Shown piece by piece: positions 49,681 through 63,744 of a stretch of 64,000 nt of DNA (positions within the stretch are counted from its first letter, which is position 1; each line of letters begins with the position of its first letter). The position numbers and the translations under genes are program-made. The notes beneath the pieces were generated by a model. It was given only the letters and a program-made list of their open reading frames with translations. It searched no databases and was not told where the DNA came from. This DNA is from Lytechinus pictus (lineage: Eukaryota): assembly GCF_037042905.1 (NCBI RefSeq), contig NC_087245.1:16122001-16186000 (forward strand). The letters run 5' to 3'.

Positions 49681-52600
49681 CCCAGCAGTCAAGCAAAATA
49701 GCCAATAACGCCACTTCCAGTAACTGGTAAATTCACGTCTTGAAAAGTTACCGTTCTGTATTAGTCCCGACCTTTCGTTGGAAGAACGCGAACGCTTATT
49801 TACGACGTTAGTTGATTTTGGAAGAGACTTTTGGGCCCGTCGTTATGGTCGTAAAACTCTGTCCTGCAATGCAAATTATGTGACATGGGTTTTTTTTTCG
49901 TTTCGCATCTGGAACGGAAACATTCAATTTGCGTTTCGTGTGCAAAATTCTGGTTGCTACTATGGTAACAGCGATATATCCGATTTAGGACGACTTTCCA
50001 AGTCCACATTTGGTTCCTCCCAGAGCTCGAGAGGCCGCCCGAGGGGCCCACTTCCATTGAAGAGTGGATACCAGGCGCAACCACGCGTAAAAAGGGAAAG
50101 AGTGGGTAAGTACGTTACGTATAGGCCTATGTAACGTTATAAAGGTGTCAAAACGATGATTAAAATACTGAAAAAAGGGGATATATTTCCAATACTTGTA
50201 GGGTTTCACAAGCCAAATACTTGTTAAAAGATGCATTTTCATAATCTGGAAAAGACTTGCTTCCCTTGTTTAGGGTACTTTTCGAAACCCCATGGTCGTG
50301 CCTGGTATCCACTCATCCATGGAAGTGGTCCCCCCGGAATTTGAATCTTATCCCCCATTTCTGGGGAAAGTAAAACATAATGCCCATTACATCGTGTGCT
50401 AGAGGTGTATCGTTTGTGTGGAAGGAGTAAACAAAAGAGACAAAAGAAACCCGCATGTTCAATCGTATTGCATACGCTGTGTACATATCAACGCATGCGA
50501 AATTGTTTTGGCTGGAGAGGTGATCTGACCAAGGAAATAGATATCTCCTTGATCTGACCCATGGAATCAATTGCCAGTCATCCACCAATAATCCACATTA
50601 AATGCAATATCGATTCGATGGACTGATGTGATCTATATCTAAGCCTTAATTCAGTAAGTTTTTCCTCACTCAATATGTACTCGATTTGTTTGAAAAACCA
50701 CTTTCTTATCCATGTCATATTCTATTTTAGGTCCCGCATTTCGAATATCTCCAGCCATCAGTCGTAATACATGCATGTATGGTGCGGGTGTCGTGGGAAA
50801 GAAATTTGCACACGAAAAGCAGATCTGTTGGGCCTGTAACCCCCCTGTAACACAAATCTTAGCATTGATTGTAGAGCAGTTTTCTACGTTTGATTCTATT
50901 GACTATAATGTACAATCAATCTTAAAAATCAAGTGTATGATTAAGCGTCAACTTTTGTGTTAGGGGACCCTAATATTAGCGTCCGTGATGATTGCGAAAG
51001 GTTATCACAGAGGGCGTGATCTAAATCATTCAGAAGATGACTTTAAACTATCTGAAGTGGGTATGAGTGCATTATTTCCTCTTTTGTTTTTAATGAGAAC
51101 CCCGTTAAAACCAAACAATAACAACATCATTGGTGGCACGATTTTTGTTTTCAAGGACTTCACTGAGATCCCCCACCCCAATTAGAAGCAGAGATCTAAA
51201 TAAAATTGTTTTATTTGATCAAAGAGTGAATTGTATATAGCTATCACAAATTCGAATTGCTAAGCTAACAACGTTCCTATTTTACCAAGCAGATTTCATC
51301 TCCTTGATTTTACCGGGAACCATTAACACAGGGCGTTGAGTGTAGCTTGTTTAAATGGATGCCGATTTGGTCAAAGGACGCTTATGGAAAATCGCTGAAT
51401 AAAATGCGTAAGAATTAGCGATTCTAGAATTTCCTTTTTTTTCAATTCCCACTCGGTCGTCCAATGCCTGGACTCTCCACTATAAATAACCAGAGCTTTC
51501 AATGTTCAAGATGGTTCTTGCGTGACTTTCAAGAATTAACTTTATATTTAATAGCAAGGCATCACGGCCTACACAGTGATGGGGGAGACAGAGAGAGACA
51601 GTTGCATCTCCCCTTTCAAGCCCCCTTTTTAGTTCAATGAATGCACCATGTCCTTGTTCAAATCCAATCCCTGCGCAAATGCAGATCCCTCGTAAAGAGC
51701 TCGGTCGCTTTTACTTCTTGCTCGAAAAAGAAGATAAAATATAAACAAAACGCAGAAGTGCCTTGATGATGATTTTTACCAATGTTTCAAGGTTGTTTTT
51801 TTGTTTTTTAGATTGAAAATGGATCGCTTTGAAATTGCTTTACCCTATCGACGATAAGGAGCTATAGACCAGGCTAGTCAGTGCCACGATGGTGGATCAT
51901 CAAATAGGTGAAATGAGATAATGGGTCGGAGAGGAATTTTTATCCAAACATGATATTGATAGTTGGGTGTCATCGTTCCTGTAACCTTTGACCTATGTAA
52001 CGTGTGGGACTATACAGATGAAAGAAGCACCCATCTTGAAACAAGAGAGTCCTGTATAATGTATTCCATTCTCTTGTAGCAGCAAGCCTATACCCATCTC
52101 ATACCAGTCATATTATCTCATGCTCAAACCTATACCCTTCTTCAATCTATATACTGGTTGCTATCGAGGAAATAATCACAGCAGTTGGATGTAACTCGTC
52201 CGAAACAAATTATTTATAATGTCCTGTAAAGGTAAGCATTGTGACGTCATCATATCAGATTACTGTTTACTAGTACGTTATGAGAATGTAGTCTTGTGCG
52301 TGTGGGGCTGGGGGTTTGATCCAACATCGTTTATTTTATGCTAAATATTGCTTCTATAAATGAAACCGTAAATAAAGACCGAAATTGAGATTTAATTTCA
52401 ATTGTTTAATTTTCGTGTCTGTTTTGACATACTAAAGCTTTAATTTAATTTTATGTTGTGTCATACAAGCTAAACTGCGGCGGGAAGGCATGCCCCCTAT
52501 TTGGATAACAAGTTACAGACGCAAGTGTATATAGCAATGGAGGGAATTCATATAGACTGCGAATATTCGGCCTATCATTTCCAAACAATTTGATTTTTGT

Positions 52601-54459
52601 TTTCACACGCTTGCATAGGCCTTGATGGGCCACATCTAGCAACGAACATTTCAAGTCTTCTTTAATATCACGTGATACGACTTGTGCTTACTTATAATTT
52701 AAACCAGCGTTCATATTCGATCGTCTTGGTGGTACTCTTATCGCAAATTAGACCAACGCCAAATAAATGGCACCTGTATTAAGATTGATCATGTAACACA
52801 GATATGTGATTTCATTATGCTTTGTACAGGGATCATTCATTTCCAGGAGACATTCGACTGATTTTTTTTTCGACTCTAAATGAGCTATAATTTTCTTTTT
52901 AATCGGGTTGTAAGATGTATCCGGGCATGTGATCATCAAATCATAACTACAAATTCATGGGTTAGATAATTATACTACAGTTCCTAACAGTGGCGTACAT
53001 ATAGGGGGGGGGGCTTGAGGGAGCTCTTGCCAGCCCCATCCCAAGTTTTCATGACCAAGAAAAAAAACGAGAGAAAATGAAAGGCAAAAGAGAAGAGTGA
53101 AATTTTTGCTCGCTTGCAACTTTTCTAAATTTCACCCGATACGCCATATCTGGCCCCCTCAAAATGTTTGCCTCATTACGCCACTGGCTCCAAATCAGAA
53201 GTTGTTTTAATTGGAACTCATTGTTTTGGGCAACTCTATGCCCTAATGCTGTTAATTTTTTAGAGCGTTGGTCTGTCAATTCAATGACCTTTAAAAATGA
53301 TATATATACGTCATAAAACTTTCGCCAAACAGAGTGGATTTCTGCTTCGTAGCTGTCTTTTTTTTACTCTCTATATACTCACTCCCTGTTTTCTTTGTTT
53401 GTACATCAAGGGGATATCAGGGTGTGTATGTTTGTGTACATCGATAATAGGTACATGATTGACAATAATAGTGAATAAGCAGCTGTAATGTCAACCATCA
53501 AATGCAACTGGTGATGTCAGCAGTTCCACCTTCGTATCCGCTCTTGAAACGAAGCCAATATTATTTCTTTAATGTCAGTCTGTATTGACTGAGGAAGAAA
53601 GAGAAAATTATTTAGGAGATAAATGATAGGATAAATAGGGAAGAAAGGGGATGCGAGTCAGTGGCGGGACTTGGGTAAAATAGGGGGGCATTGGAGCACG
53701 TGACCCTAATACTTAATCGACCAAGAAAAAAAAAGATTGGGGCCAAAGAGGACATCATTTTCCGAATATGTCACACATTTCCAAATCAATAATTGAAGTA
53801 AATTTTCATTTAAGATATGTGTATTGTGATGTTCGCTCGCTAGCTTACTTTTTAAACAGTTTTCCCCATACACCATTTCACCATTTACGCCTTATAATTG
53901 TTTTTTCTTTTGGGGGCTTATCACAAAACCGAGTGGTGGATTCAGCACTTCTATAAAAGAGGGGGTTATAAGGGGGCAGGGGCGTCGATCCATTTTTCAG
54001 ATGGGGGGGCAAAATCATGAATCAACGTTCCAAAGGCGCTCGGTCACACAAAACAAACAAACTCACCCACACACACACACCCACACACATAGGCCTCTCT
54101 CTCTATATATATACATATGACTCATAAGAAAGAGACACATATCTCACCAACATATTAATGCGAGCGTGAAGCCCGAGCTGAAATTTTAGTATAATGACCT
54201 GAAAACAGAAAAAAGGGTACCTGTTTAGGACTGTTTGTAGTAACTCATATATAAGGAGGATACATATATGACTACACAGATAATGCGAGTGCCGAGAGCG
54301 AGCTGAAATTCCTTTATATTCTGACCTGAAAGCTTGATATTCTAAGCATTTTTGGTACCAATGATTAAGATGGGTATCTAAAAGAACAATAGATGCGAAG
54401 CGCGAGCTGAAAATTTTGATATTTCGATCTGAAAAAATTACAGTTTAATGGACATTTTT

Positions 54460-55235
54460 TTATTTTTTATTTTTTTTTATTTTTTTTTATATTTCTGTTT
54501 TTATTATAATAAATTGAAATAAATCACAAAATTTACAAATGATTATTAGGTTATTGCAAGTCAGTAACACAAAAAAGACAAAATAACAACCATACTAATA
54601 AAAAAAAATCTACCCACTTATCCTCCCCCACCCCCCAAAAAAGGAATGTGGCAAAGTGATGACTTAATATCAGTGTTATCTAAACAAAGATAGGTGATTT
54701 GGTAAATAAAGTAGACAAAACAAAATATACAAGCTATGATTTTAAAATGGTTTCCCAACAACTATTGATAGGATTAAAAAACACAACTGGTTATCCAAGA
54801 CGACATAATTATGGAGGTTTATAAACGAAAAAGTATATCAAGGAAACTGAGATACAAGTTGCATGAAAAAATGGGATCTGATGCTACAACCATATAACCA
54901 ATACTGTAACAGTGCAGTATTATTTTTTTTAAATGGGGCACTAAGCCCGTTATACAAAATATACATTGTTAGTTAACATGTAACCTGTTGATATTTTTGA
55001 AAACCAAATTATAAGGTGAATCGCCACTTCTTAAAGTGAGCGGGCAACTTATTTTTTTTCTTAGCTATCAAGTATTCCAAGTCCTGTTGTTTTTTAACAA
55101 ATGTTTTAAAAAGAGCAAAACTTGGAGGATTATTCTTAAATTTACATGTATGAATATAATACTTCAAAAGTAAGAAAAGGTATGAAATGAACTTATCAGC
55201 TGGGAGTCCGAACATTTTTTCAAAATTAGAACCAT
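54460..55235 (-). mobile_element. 3' fragment of an L1/Tx1-type LINE with A-rich tail
   Basis: MFG...ISYLFLLLKYYIHTCKFK...F..FVKKQQDLEYLIAKKKNKLPAHFKKW*. T-rich run at 54455-54500 on the + strand corresponds to an A-rich tail. Confidence 0.65.
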
Positions 55236-55463
55236 TTATTTGGACAGGATCGACGCCTCTGTAAGGGGGATTGACACTAATAAAATGACAGAATACCGTC
55301 TCAAAATGGAAGCATTTTCATTTAACAGGTTAAAGGTGGTATTGTTTTTTAGAGAAGCCACAAAATGCCAATTTTGAGCCAAGGTTGCGCCATCTGCACC
55401 TGCATCTGCATGATAAGACAACACTTTTCATTGATGCTTAATTCATTATGAAGTGGCCATGGG

Positions 55464-55637
55464 CACTAGCGTACCTACGGGGGGGGCAGAGGGGGCAGTC
55501 TGCCCCCACCTGACGAGCCACAACCCATGCAAAGGACGTATTCCTGCCCCCCCCCTGACGAGCTTTTTTTTTTTTTTTTTTTTTTTTTGCTTGTCAAATT
55601 TTTTTCTGAGACGAAATCCTTCATTTGTGATTGAAGA

Positions 55638-55675
<38 letters not shown>

Positions 55676-55718
55676 GGACGGTTTTGCCCCCCTGTGAAAA
55701 ATCCTAGGTACGCCACTG
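55464..55718. mobile_element. hAT-like MITE with 8-bp target duplication
   Basis: gccatggg|CACTAGCGTACCTA ... TAGGTACGCCACTG|gccatggg. Confidence 0.8.
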
Positions 55719-57194
55719 GCCATGGGTCTTAATAAGTAGACCATTTTATGATAATGTACGTTTAATGAAGAAGTCGTCACGCCTATCACGTTCACCTAGT
55801 CCGTATTCTTTCTGACCTATACGACTTTTACATTTCACATATCCACCAGCACATTTCCCGCGTTGTATTTGAATACAGAGCAGGGGTAATAGATAACTTT
55901 GGGTATCACTTCAAAAAAGGGAAACTACTAGAAAAATGGGGCGCATCGGGATTTGGGTAAGAGTAGTCGGGGACCTCCCCCATTTAAAAAAAATCACACT
56001 GCACATAAATTATACATGTCCCATGTATCTTGTATTTATTTTATGATCGACGAGGCCCCGCCCCTCCCAGCCCATCCTCTCCCTTGTATATTGTATCTCG
56101 CCCATGACTTGAGCAATATACTACGCTTGCAATATCGACCTTGAATTCGAGCAAGAACAGAAGTCCATGACACCTTTGTTAATGACTCAAGGGCTGGCTT
56201 CTTCTATAATTATCTATACTACCGGTACACATCGTGCAAAGGTTGTAACATTTAAGACGAGGTTTAGCGTGGACTGTGTAAGTGCTATGCTGCCTGTAAT
56301 TTTGCTGGAAGAAAATGGTAAAATTCATATTTTCAGTGTTTTTGCTATGGGTACTTTAAATCGCTATTTATTGTCTTGTAATTAGCCGTGAGCTGAGCTT
56401 AATGCTTCATGTATGAATTCAATAAATGTCTATTGCACAGTGATTGTTGTATTATTGTTTTTACCCCTGCATGCAATTGGTGCCGTACATTATCATCGGC
56501 TTAACTGGGAGCTTATTCTGGTGTTTGCTATTTTTCTTCTTTGTCAAATGTTATGATAATTTCGTTTGTATTTTGTTTATCATTTTTATATTTTATATTT
56601 GCTTAGTTCGTTTGCATCTGCATTTGGTCATGGTGGTGGTGGTGATGATGTTTGTGGTAGTGATGAATATTTCTAAATTTGAACATTCTTATCCACATCT
56701 AAAGCAGTATTACCCCCCGGATGTGACCATAATCATGATAATCAGGCGCGTATCCAGGATTTCGCACCCCTGGGGGCCCGACCTAATTTCGGTGCCCATT
56801 TTAACTTGAAAATGGCGCCCCCCCCACCAGACGATCATAGGTACCTTAAATGCATGTTGAATCATCTTATTTCATAATCGCGTGAAAAAAAAGCAATCGA
56901 CGACCACTTTTTTTCAATATGTTCATAAAAAAAAGTATCCATGAATATGTTGTAATACCACTGTTTGAAAAGAATAAAGCGACCATAAAGCATAGAATTT
57001 TAAGCATTTTGTGGTTTCAATTTAGTTAAATTTCTCATCAAAGTGGTAGGTCCTACTAAAATTGTATGTGCGGGAGCTGTAATTTCTTTACCAGGGGCGG
57101 ATCCAGCTTTTGTTAATGGGGGGGGGGTATTTTCATCTATATGTTTCCCGATCAAACATTGCACTTTTTGCAACCATGGACATTATGGCTATAC

Positions 57195-57950
57195 GTATTG
57201 ATGCGAGCGCGAAATGCGAGCCGAAAAATTGTGATATTCTGACCTCAAATTTGGAAAATCTATAAGCACTTTTGGTAATCAAGAACAGGATGGGTATCTA
57301 TCTCAACATTTTATGCGAGTGCGAAGCGAGAGCTTAAAATATGTGATATTTAGACCCAAAACTTGACATTCTAAGCAAATTTTGTGACCATGAATAGTAT
57401 GGGTATCCATCTAAACAATTGATGCGAGCGCGAAGCGCGAGCTGAATAATTTTGATATTCTGACCTAAAATTTAGACATTCGAAGCACTATTGGTGATCA
57501 TGAACAGAATGGGTATCTAACAAATAATGTTATGCGAGCGCAAAGCGCTAGCTTAAAATTTTTGATATTCCGACCCAAAACTGGGCATTCTAGGCACATT
57601 TTGTAACAAGGAAAAGGATTGGTGCCTATGTATACATTTGTGCGAGCGCGAAGTGCGAGCTGAAAATTTTGATATTTTGATATCTAAGCACTTTCTATAA
57701 TCATGAACAGGATGGGCATCTAATGAATCGATGCGAGGGCGAACTTACATTTTTTGATATTCCGACCCAAAGTAGGATATTCTAAGCACGCATCTCACCA
57801 TAAACAAGATCGTGATCTTATTTACTAAACATTTGATGCGAACTCGAAGAGCGAGATAAAAAAAAATGATATTCTGACCTTAAATTTTGACTTTTAAGCA
57901 CTTTTGGTAATCATGAACAGGATGGGCATCTAAAAAGTATTTGATGCGAG
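57195..57950. repeat. Tandem ~110-115 bp units with GCGAGCGCGAAGCGCGAGCTGAAAA core (MITE-internal satellite); also at 54155-54450 and within 61010-62552
   Basis: About seven consecutive units gatgcgagcgcgaagcgcgagctgaaaatttttgatattctgacc...aacaggatgggtatcta. Confidence 0.8.
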
Positions 57951-57954
57951 AAAA

Positions 57955-58300
57955 CATGAGTTTTGCACCCCCCTCCCATGTGAAACATGAATTTGCCCCC
58001 ACCCCAGAACAAACATCGCATTGGCGCCCCAAAGGTGGAATATGAGTTTGGCAACCCTCTCCCTGGGTTAAGCCTGAATTTGGCGCCCTAGGACAAACAT
58101 TAATTCGGCGCCCCCACCCTGGGTTAAACATGAATTCGGCGCCCTAGGACAAATATTAATTCGGTGCCCCTCCCTTATCAAACTTCAATTCGGCGCCCGT
58201 ATCAATTTTGCGCCCCCTAGGTAGAACTTCAATTCGGCGCCCCCTCCCTATTTCGAACATTAATTCGGCGCCCCTAGGTCAGACATCTATCCGGTGCCCC
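57955..58300. repeat. Minisatellite of ~25-35 bp units with AATTCGGCGCCCC core
   Basis: More than ten recurrences of aattcggcgccc / aatttggcgccc. Confidence 0.75.
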
Positions 58301-59188
58301 CTTTTCCTTTTCTTTTTCTTTTCTTCTCTCATTTTTTCTCTCCTTTTTTTCTCTTTCTCTTCTTTCCCTCCTTTTTTTATCCCGCTTTTCTTTCCCTCTC
58401 TTTTCTTGCTCTTTTTGGTGCTCCCTTTTTCGCCTACCCGAGGGCCACCAGAATACGCACATAATAATAACGGTAAGAAGAAGAATAAAGAAGAAGAAGA
58501 AGAGGAAGAAGAAGAATTATGAAATCAATAGAATTATTATACATCCATTATGCTTATCAAAACGATAGTAATAATAGTATTCATGATGATATATAACAAT
58601 CATAATTATATTCTTGAATATAACATGTCAAAAAGCAAGTTCAAGGGCTTGATCATATAATTGAGATGCCATCATTTACTATATGAAACACAAGTGATCC
58701 CCTCATTAAGCAATGAAGATATATGACCTAGATTGGCTGAAGGGTGGTGGAAGTCTGAGCCTATTTGGGACGATGTTTGACCCCCCCCCCCCAGAAAAAA
58801 CATTAAAAAAAACCACGAGAGGAATATTCAACGAGCAAGTCTCACTTCATATTCTTAAAAAACTATTATTTTCACCCCCTTCAAAATTTGTTTATAAAAA
58901 AATCACATTGCACCTGAGGCGTACAGATTGGAGGCTTAGGAGCGCTTGCCCCCCATCCTCCACAAAAAGAAATCACGACCGAGAAAGAAAATAAAAGAGA
59001 TAATGGTGTAATATGATGTCGTTTTCTGAATATTATATCAAAATCTATCCTACAATATTTATTTTATAAAATTGTCCAAATTATTGCTCCCTCGCAACTT
59101 AAAAAAAATTTCCTCATGCGCCATGTCTTGCCCCCTTATTTTTTTCATCATTTTGGCTTATTATGCCACTGCATTACACCACTGGCCA

Positions 59189-59609
59189 CAGTGGCGTACA
59201 ATCGGCTGGCCAAAAAAAAAACGGGGAAAAGGAGAAAAAGAGATAGAAAGGAAAAGAAACGTAAAATGGGAAAGAATAAATTATTGTTCTTTATAATGTT
59301 ATGTTATATTATGATTATGTTATGTCAATGTATATTACATAAGAAACATTTTTTTTCATAACATTATGAAACATAATCTGCTCAGGGCCTATGTCTTCAT
59401 TGTTCCTGGGGCTCGCATTGTCTGTTCAACTAGATATAATAGATCAATTTTTTCGGAACACTATAATTTTCAAGTATATTTGAGAGACCTGAAGTCAAAT
59501 CAAATCCATATACACCAAATATATTTCCTCGCACTTCGAGTAATTATTGTTTTATATAGTGACATATGCCCCCCCCCCCCCCAATGCCGTGACCCACGGT
59601 ACGCCACTG
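59189..59609. mobile_element. hAT-like MITE, internally deleted relative of 61010-62552 in the opposite orientation
   Basis: actggcca|CAGTGGCGTA ... TACGCCACTG|actggcca, 8-bp target duplication. Confidence 0.85.
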
Positions 59610-60685
59610 ACTGGCCATGATTGCTGCTTTTCCATTTAATTTTCAAAATTACTGTTCCCACCTTTAATGTGAAGATACGCTACTGTTTTGATGATTTCAT
59701 AAACATACATCAAGATAGCGTCAAGTTTTAAGCACACGTTATCTGCATGTACTTGTCATATACCTGTCAGCAAGCTGTCTTGAATTATCATTTTCCTGAA
59801 AAAATGCAATGTTTAGATAGGATATGAAGAATTCTAAACTTTTTAATGATTGATTCCAAATTGGATGTAATGGTTTAGTAATCTCAATTTTGGACGGGTG
59901 TTATCTATAAGTTTATAATCATTTTCTAGAGATTTGAAGGAATATTATTTCGGTGGCCTGGTGTGAGGCCTGGTGATAATACGTGCTTTGGGCTTTACGT
60001 AGCATAGAGAGGGGACAGTTTACCCTCGCTCCCCCACAAAAGGGTACGAATAAGAAATCCAAAGCTAATATTTTATTAAAAAGAGAATGGATTAAAAAGA
60101 GAATGAGGAAAGCCTTGTGCACTTCGTTCCCTCTCTTTCATAAATTTAACGTATGCCCCCCCCCCGCAGAAATAAAGATACATGTATACGATGATGGACC
60201 TGCTTGAATCCTGTTTTTTATTTCAAGAGACATCCTAACGAAAATGAAAGTTTATATCTGATAAGGGGACACTCTCAGCCACGCAATTAAAACACATTCT
60301 TTGATTCAAAGAAATAAAATGCGAATATGATCATTATTAAAGTTGAAGAAAGGAAATCAATTAAATCCGAAGATTTCAATTTAAGTTCAATTAGAGTGGT
60401 ACCTTTCCATTGCAAAGATGTACCTGGCAGTTCTGTAGGTTTGATTTTTTTTTCTTTTTTTGTGTATGTGTGTTTGTTTTTTATATTTTTTATTTTGTTC
60501 TTTTTTCTTTGCTGCGATTTTTGCTCAGTTTGGGTTATTGTTTTGTATACACGTTTTTCTTTCTTAGTGTGTGCATTATAAAGTGTGTGAGCCTGTTTTT
60601 GCTTTTGTTTGGGTTCTTTTGGTAGCTGGTGTTGGTACGTGTATTTTTGAACTATTGTTCTATGACGTATAACCCTAATAAAAAC

Positions 60686-60810
60686 CTAAGGCTTGAAGAG
60701 CTGCCTTTGGTACACCATTGCCCTCTCAACGATGCTGCCATCATTCAACATGGCGACTGTGTAAGGATCATGAGGATAGGAGGAGTAAACTGCGTCAGTG
60801 TAACCAACAC
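60686..60810 (-). CDS. Probable terminal coding exon of an unidentified gene extending beyond the window end
   Basis: Acceptor cattatag, phase-1 open frame GVGYTDAVYSSYPHDPYTVAMLNDGSIVERAMVYQRQLFKP*, TAG at 60688-60686, GC-richer than the flanks, AATAAA about 200 nt downstream. Family not recognised. Confidence 0.45.
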
Positions 60811-61009
60811 CTATAATGACATCACAACATGTTTAAATATAAACCAAAGGCCAGGAGATATAGGCCGTCAGACCTATTAACTACATATACATCTTGCTTA
60901 AGAAGATAGATAGTTGTTCTATATGATTAAGCCTCTGTTTGAAGTAGGACAGGGAGTCTATGAAGCGTACAAAGCGATCAGACACCGAGAGAAAACAAAC
61001 AGGACTTGG

Positions 61010-62552
61010 CAGTGGCGTACCGTGCGTCACGGCATGGGGGGGGGGGGCACCAGCAAAAATTTCGAGTCACTTAGGGAGCGCGCGAAGCGCGCTCAGTTGT
61101 CAGGTATACTGACCTAATAGAGATATTTTAAGGACATGCAGTGCCATTAAACGGATATGTATCTCACTGATTAAATAGTGCGAGCGCGAGCTGAAAATTT
61201 TTGATATTCAGAGCTAAAAAGGGACATTATAAGCAATTTTTTTGTAATCATGATACATAACTGTCTCGCTAAGCAAACAATGCGAGCGCGAAGCGCGAGC
61301 TATTTTTTTGGTATATATTGACCCTAAACAGGGAAATTTTAAGGACTATATTTTAGAATCCATTAAGAGTATAAATATCTCACCATAGTCATCTAATGCT
61401 AGTGCCATCCTTTGCTGATTTTGTTAGAATTACATCTAAACACAAATCATGAAGCACCTTTTGTAGCCATTGTAATCATGATTATCATACGCATCTTAAT
61501 CAAATACCGCAAGTGCGAAGCGCTAGCTGAAAATTTAGGAAATTCAGACCTGAAGAGATGCATTCTAAGGCTTGTTTGTAGGAATTCCCTAAGACCGTAC
61601 GTATTTCACTAACCAAATAATGCGAGCGCGAAGCGCAAGCTGAAAATTGTGTATATATTGACCCCAAACATGGATATTTTAAGGACTATGTTTTTTAGGA
61701 ATCCATTAAGAGTATACATATCTCACCATAGTCATCTAATGCGAGTGCCAAGCGCTTGCTGATTTTGTTAGAAATTAGAATTACATCTAAACACATGAAG
61801 CACTTTTTGAAGTCATTGTAATCATGATTATCATACGCATCTCACTAATCAAATACTGCGACCGCGAAGCACGAGCTGAAAATTTAGGAAATTTTTAGAC
61901 CTGAAGAGGGGCATTCTAAGGCTTGTTTGTAGGAATTCACTAAGACCCTACGTATTTCACTAACCAAATGATGCGAGCGCGAAGCGCGAGCTGAAAATTT
62001 TTGATATTCAGATCAGAAAAATTGTCATTTTAAGGACTGATTTTAGGAGTTCATGAAGAGCAGAAATCTCACCAATCCACTAATGCGAACGTTAGCACGG
62101 ACAGGAAATGTTTTATATTAAGACCTTAAAATAGGGCAATCACTTTAAGTAGTCATGAAAAAGAAGAATATGTCACTACATAAAACAATAATAACTCGAA
62201 TTGCGAGGAAAAATATATTTGTTGTATTTGAAAACGGGAGGTTTTAGTACAACATGATTATATATCTCGTTAAACAGTCTATACGAGTACCAGGAACAAT
62301 GAAGACACAATGAAGCAAATAATGTTTCATAAAGTTATGAAAAAATGCTTCTTATATGTAATATAACACAATATAATATAACAGTATAATGAACAATAAT
62401 ATATTCTTTCCGGCCCACTACGTTTCTCTTTCTTTTTCCCTCTTTTTCTCCTTTTCCCCGTTTTTTTTTGGCCAGTCGATTGGGGGGGGGGGGACACGTG
62501 CCCCCCCGTGCCCCTCCCCCCATGCCCCCCCCCCCCCCGTAATACGCCACTG
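61010..62552. mobile_element. hAT-like non-autonomous element with internal GCGAGCGCGAAGCGCGAGC tandem units
   Basis: ggacttgg|CAGTGGCGTA ... TACGCCACTG|ggacttgg, 8-bp target duplication. Confidence 0.85.
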
Positions 62553-63139
62553 GGACTTGGTTTGTCTACCATCAAAATGTTTCAACGAAATGAAATATTT
62601 CTTGATGGGGCAGGGACGTGATCGGGAGAAGTATGTATATAGAATGGGCGCCCTCAGTAGCCTAATGTTGGTAATGTTAACATTTGTAAAAACTTTGCAT
62701 GATGATTTTGTACAAATAAATGATTAACATGATTAAATGAACAGGATTAAATAAATGAAATGAGATTAGTGAATTTTAGTTTATATTTTCAACCCCTCAT
62801 AGTTTTTACTGCTATTCGTCTCATTTGATATCACAGTAATACATTATAATGCGTTCGGATAATCTGGTCAAAGCTTACTATAGACTTATATCGATTTATT
62901 CTGTTATTGGTAAGTTTCATGTTGATCTGGCTAACACGTATTTACTGATATTTCGATAATGAATAAATCAATAAATGACAACAAATGCATGCATTCATAC
63001 CTAAATTAATCAGTAAATAGATTAATCAATCAATTAGTTATTGAGTAATTACTTATTTTGATAAATCATCATTGAAGAAGAAATATATAATGATCGAAGA
63101 ATTAAAAATTGAATTAATTTGTTCCCCAGCTATATTTCT

Positions 63140-63400
63140 GAGCTTTTACAAAGAAAAGTTCACAGACACATTCACAACCTGCGCAGTTCTCATGATAATT
63201 CGCTCCTTCACATCCCACTCATAATACAAAGATAACTTTGGGAGATCGTGCTTTTGCCTGTGCAGCCCGAAAATTATGAATGGTTTGTCATAATAGTATA
63301 TAATAAGATCCTGTCCATTAGTAGAAACGTTCAAACCTTAACTAAAAACCTATCTGTTCAAATAATTGCCATACATTTCGTTTTCCCCTTTTCTAAATAT
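63140..63400 (+). mobile_element. 3' fragment of an L2/CR1-type LINE
   Basis: NLRSSHDNSLLHIPTHNTKITLGDRAFACAARKL matches the L2-type ORF2 end motif (LRS...GDRAF..AAP.LWN). Confidence 0.65.
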
Positions 63401-63744
63401 GTTCTCAAGCATGCATATATGCACATAGTTTTTGCGCTTTAAAATCCGTATATTACCAGTATATTATTCTTAAAAGAAAAAAATAGAAAGTCGATAATTC
63501 ATTTTCTATGGAAATTAAATTCGCATTAAAGCAGTGGTGTTTTCTCGTTCTTCTTATTTCCTTTAAATTTCCCTTTTCTAACTTTCGTTTGATTTACTGT
63601 TCTTCCTTAATATTATTTTATTCATTTGCTTCCCACTTTTTCTCCCTCACTGCCTTTGCTTTCCCTAATAACAAAATTTGCAGTCAATAAAACTATTGAA
63701 GGAAAAACCTTTAGTGCTTGGATGTTTCGTTTGGTCGCATTATG

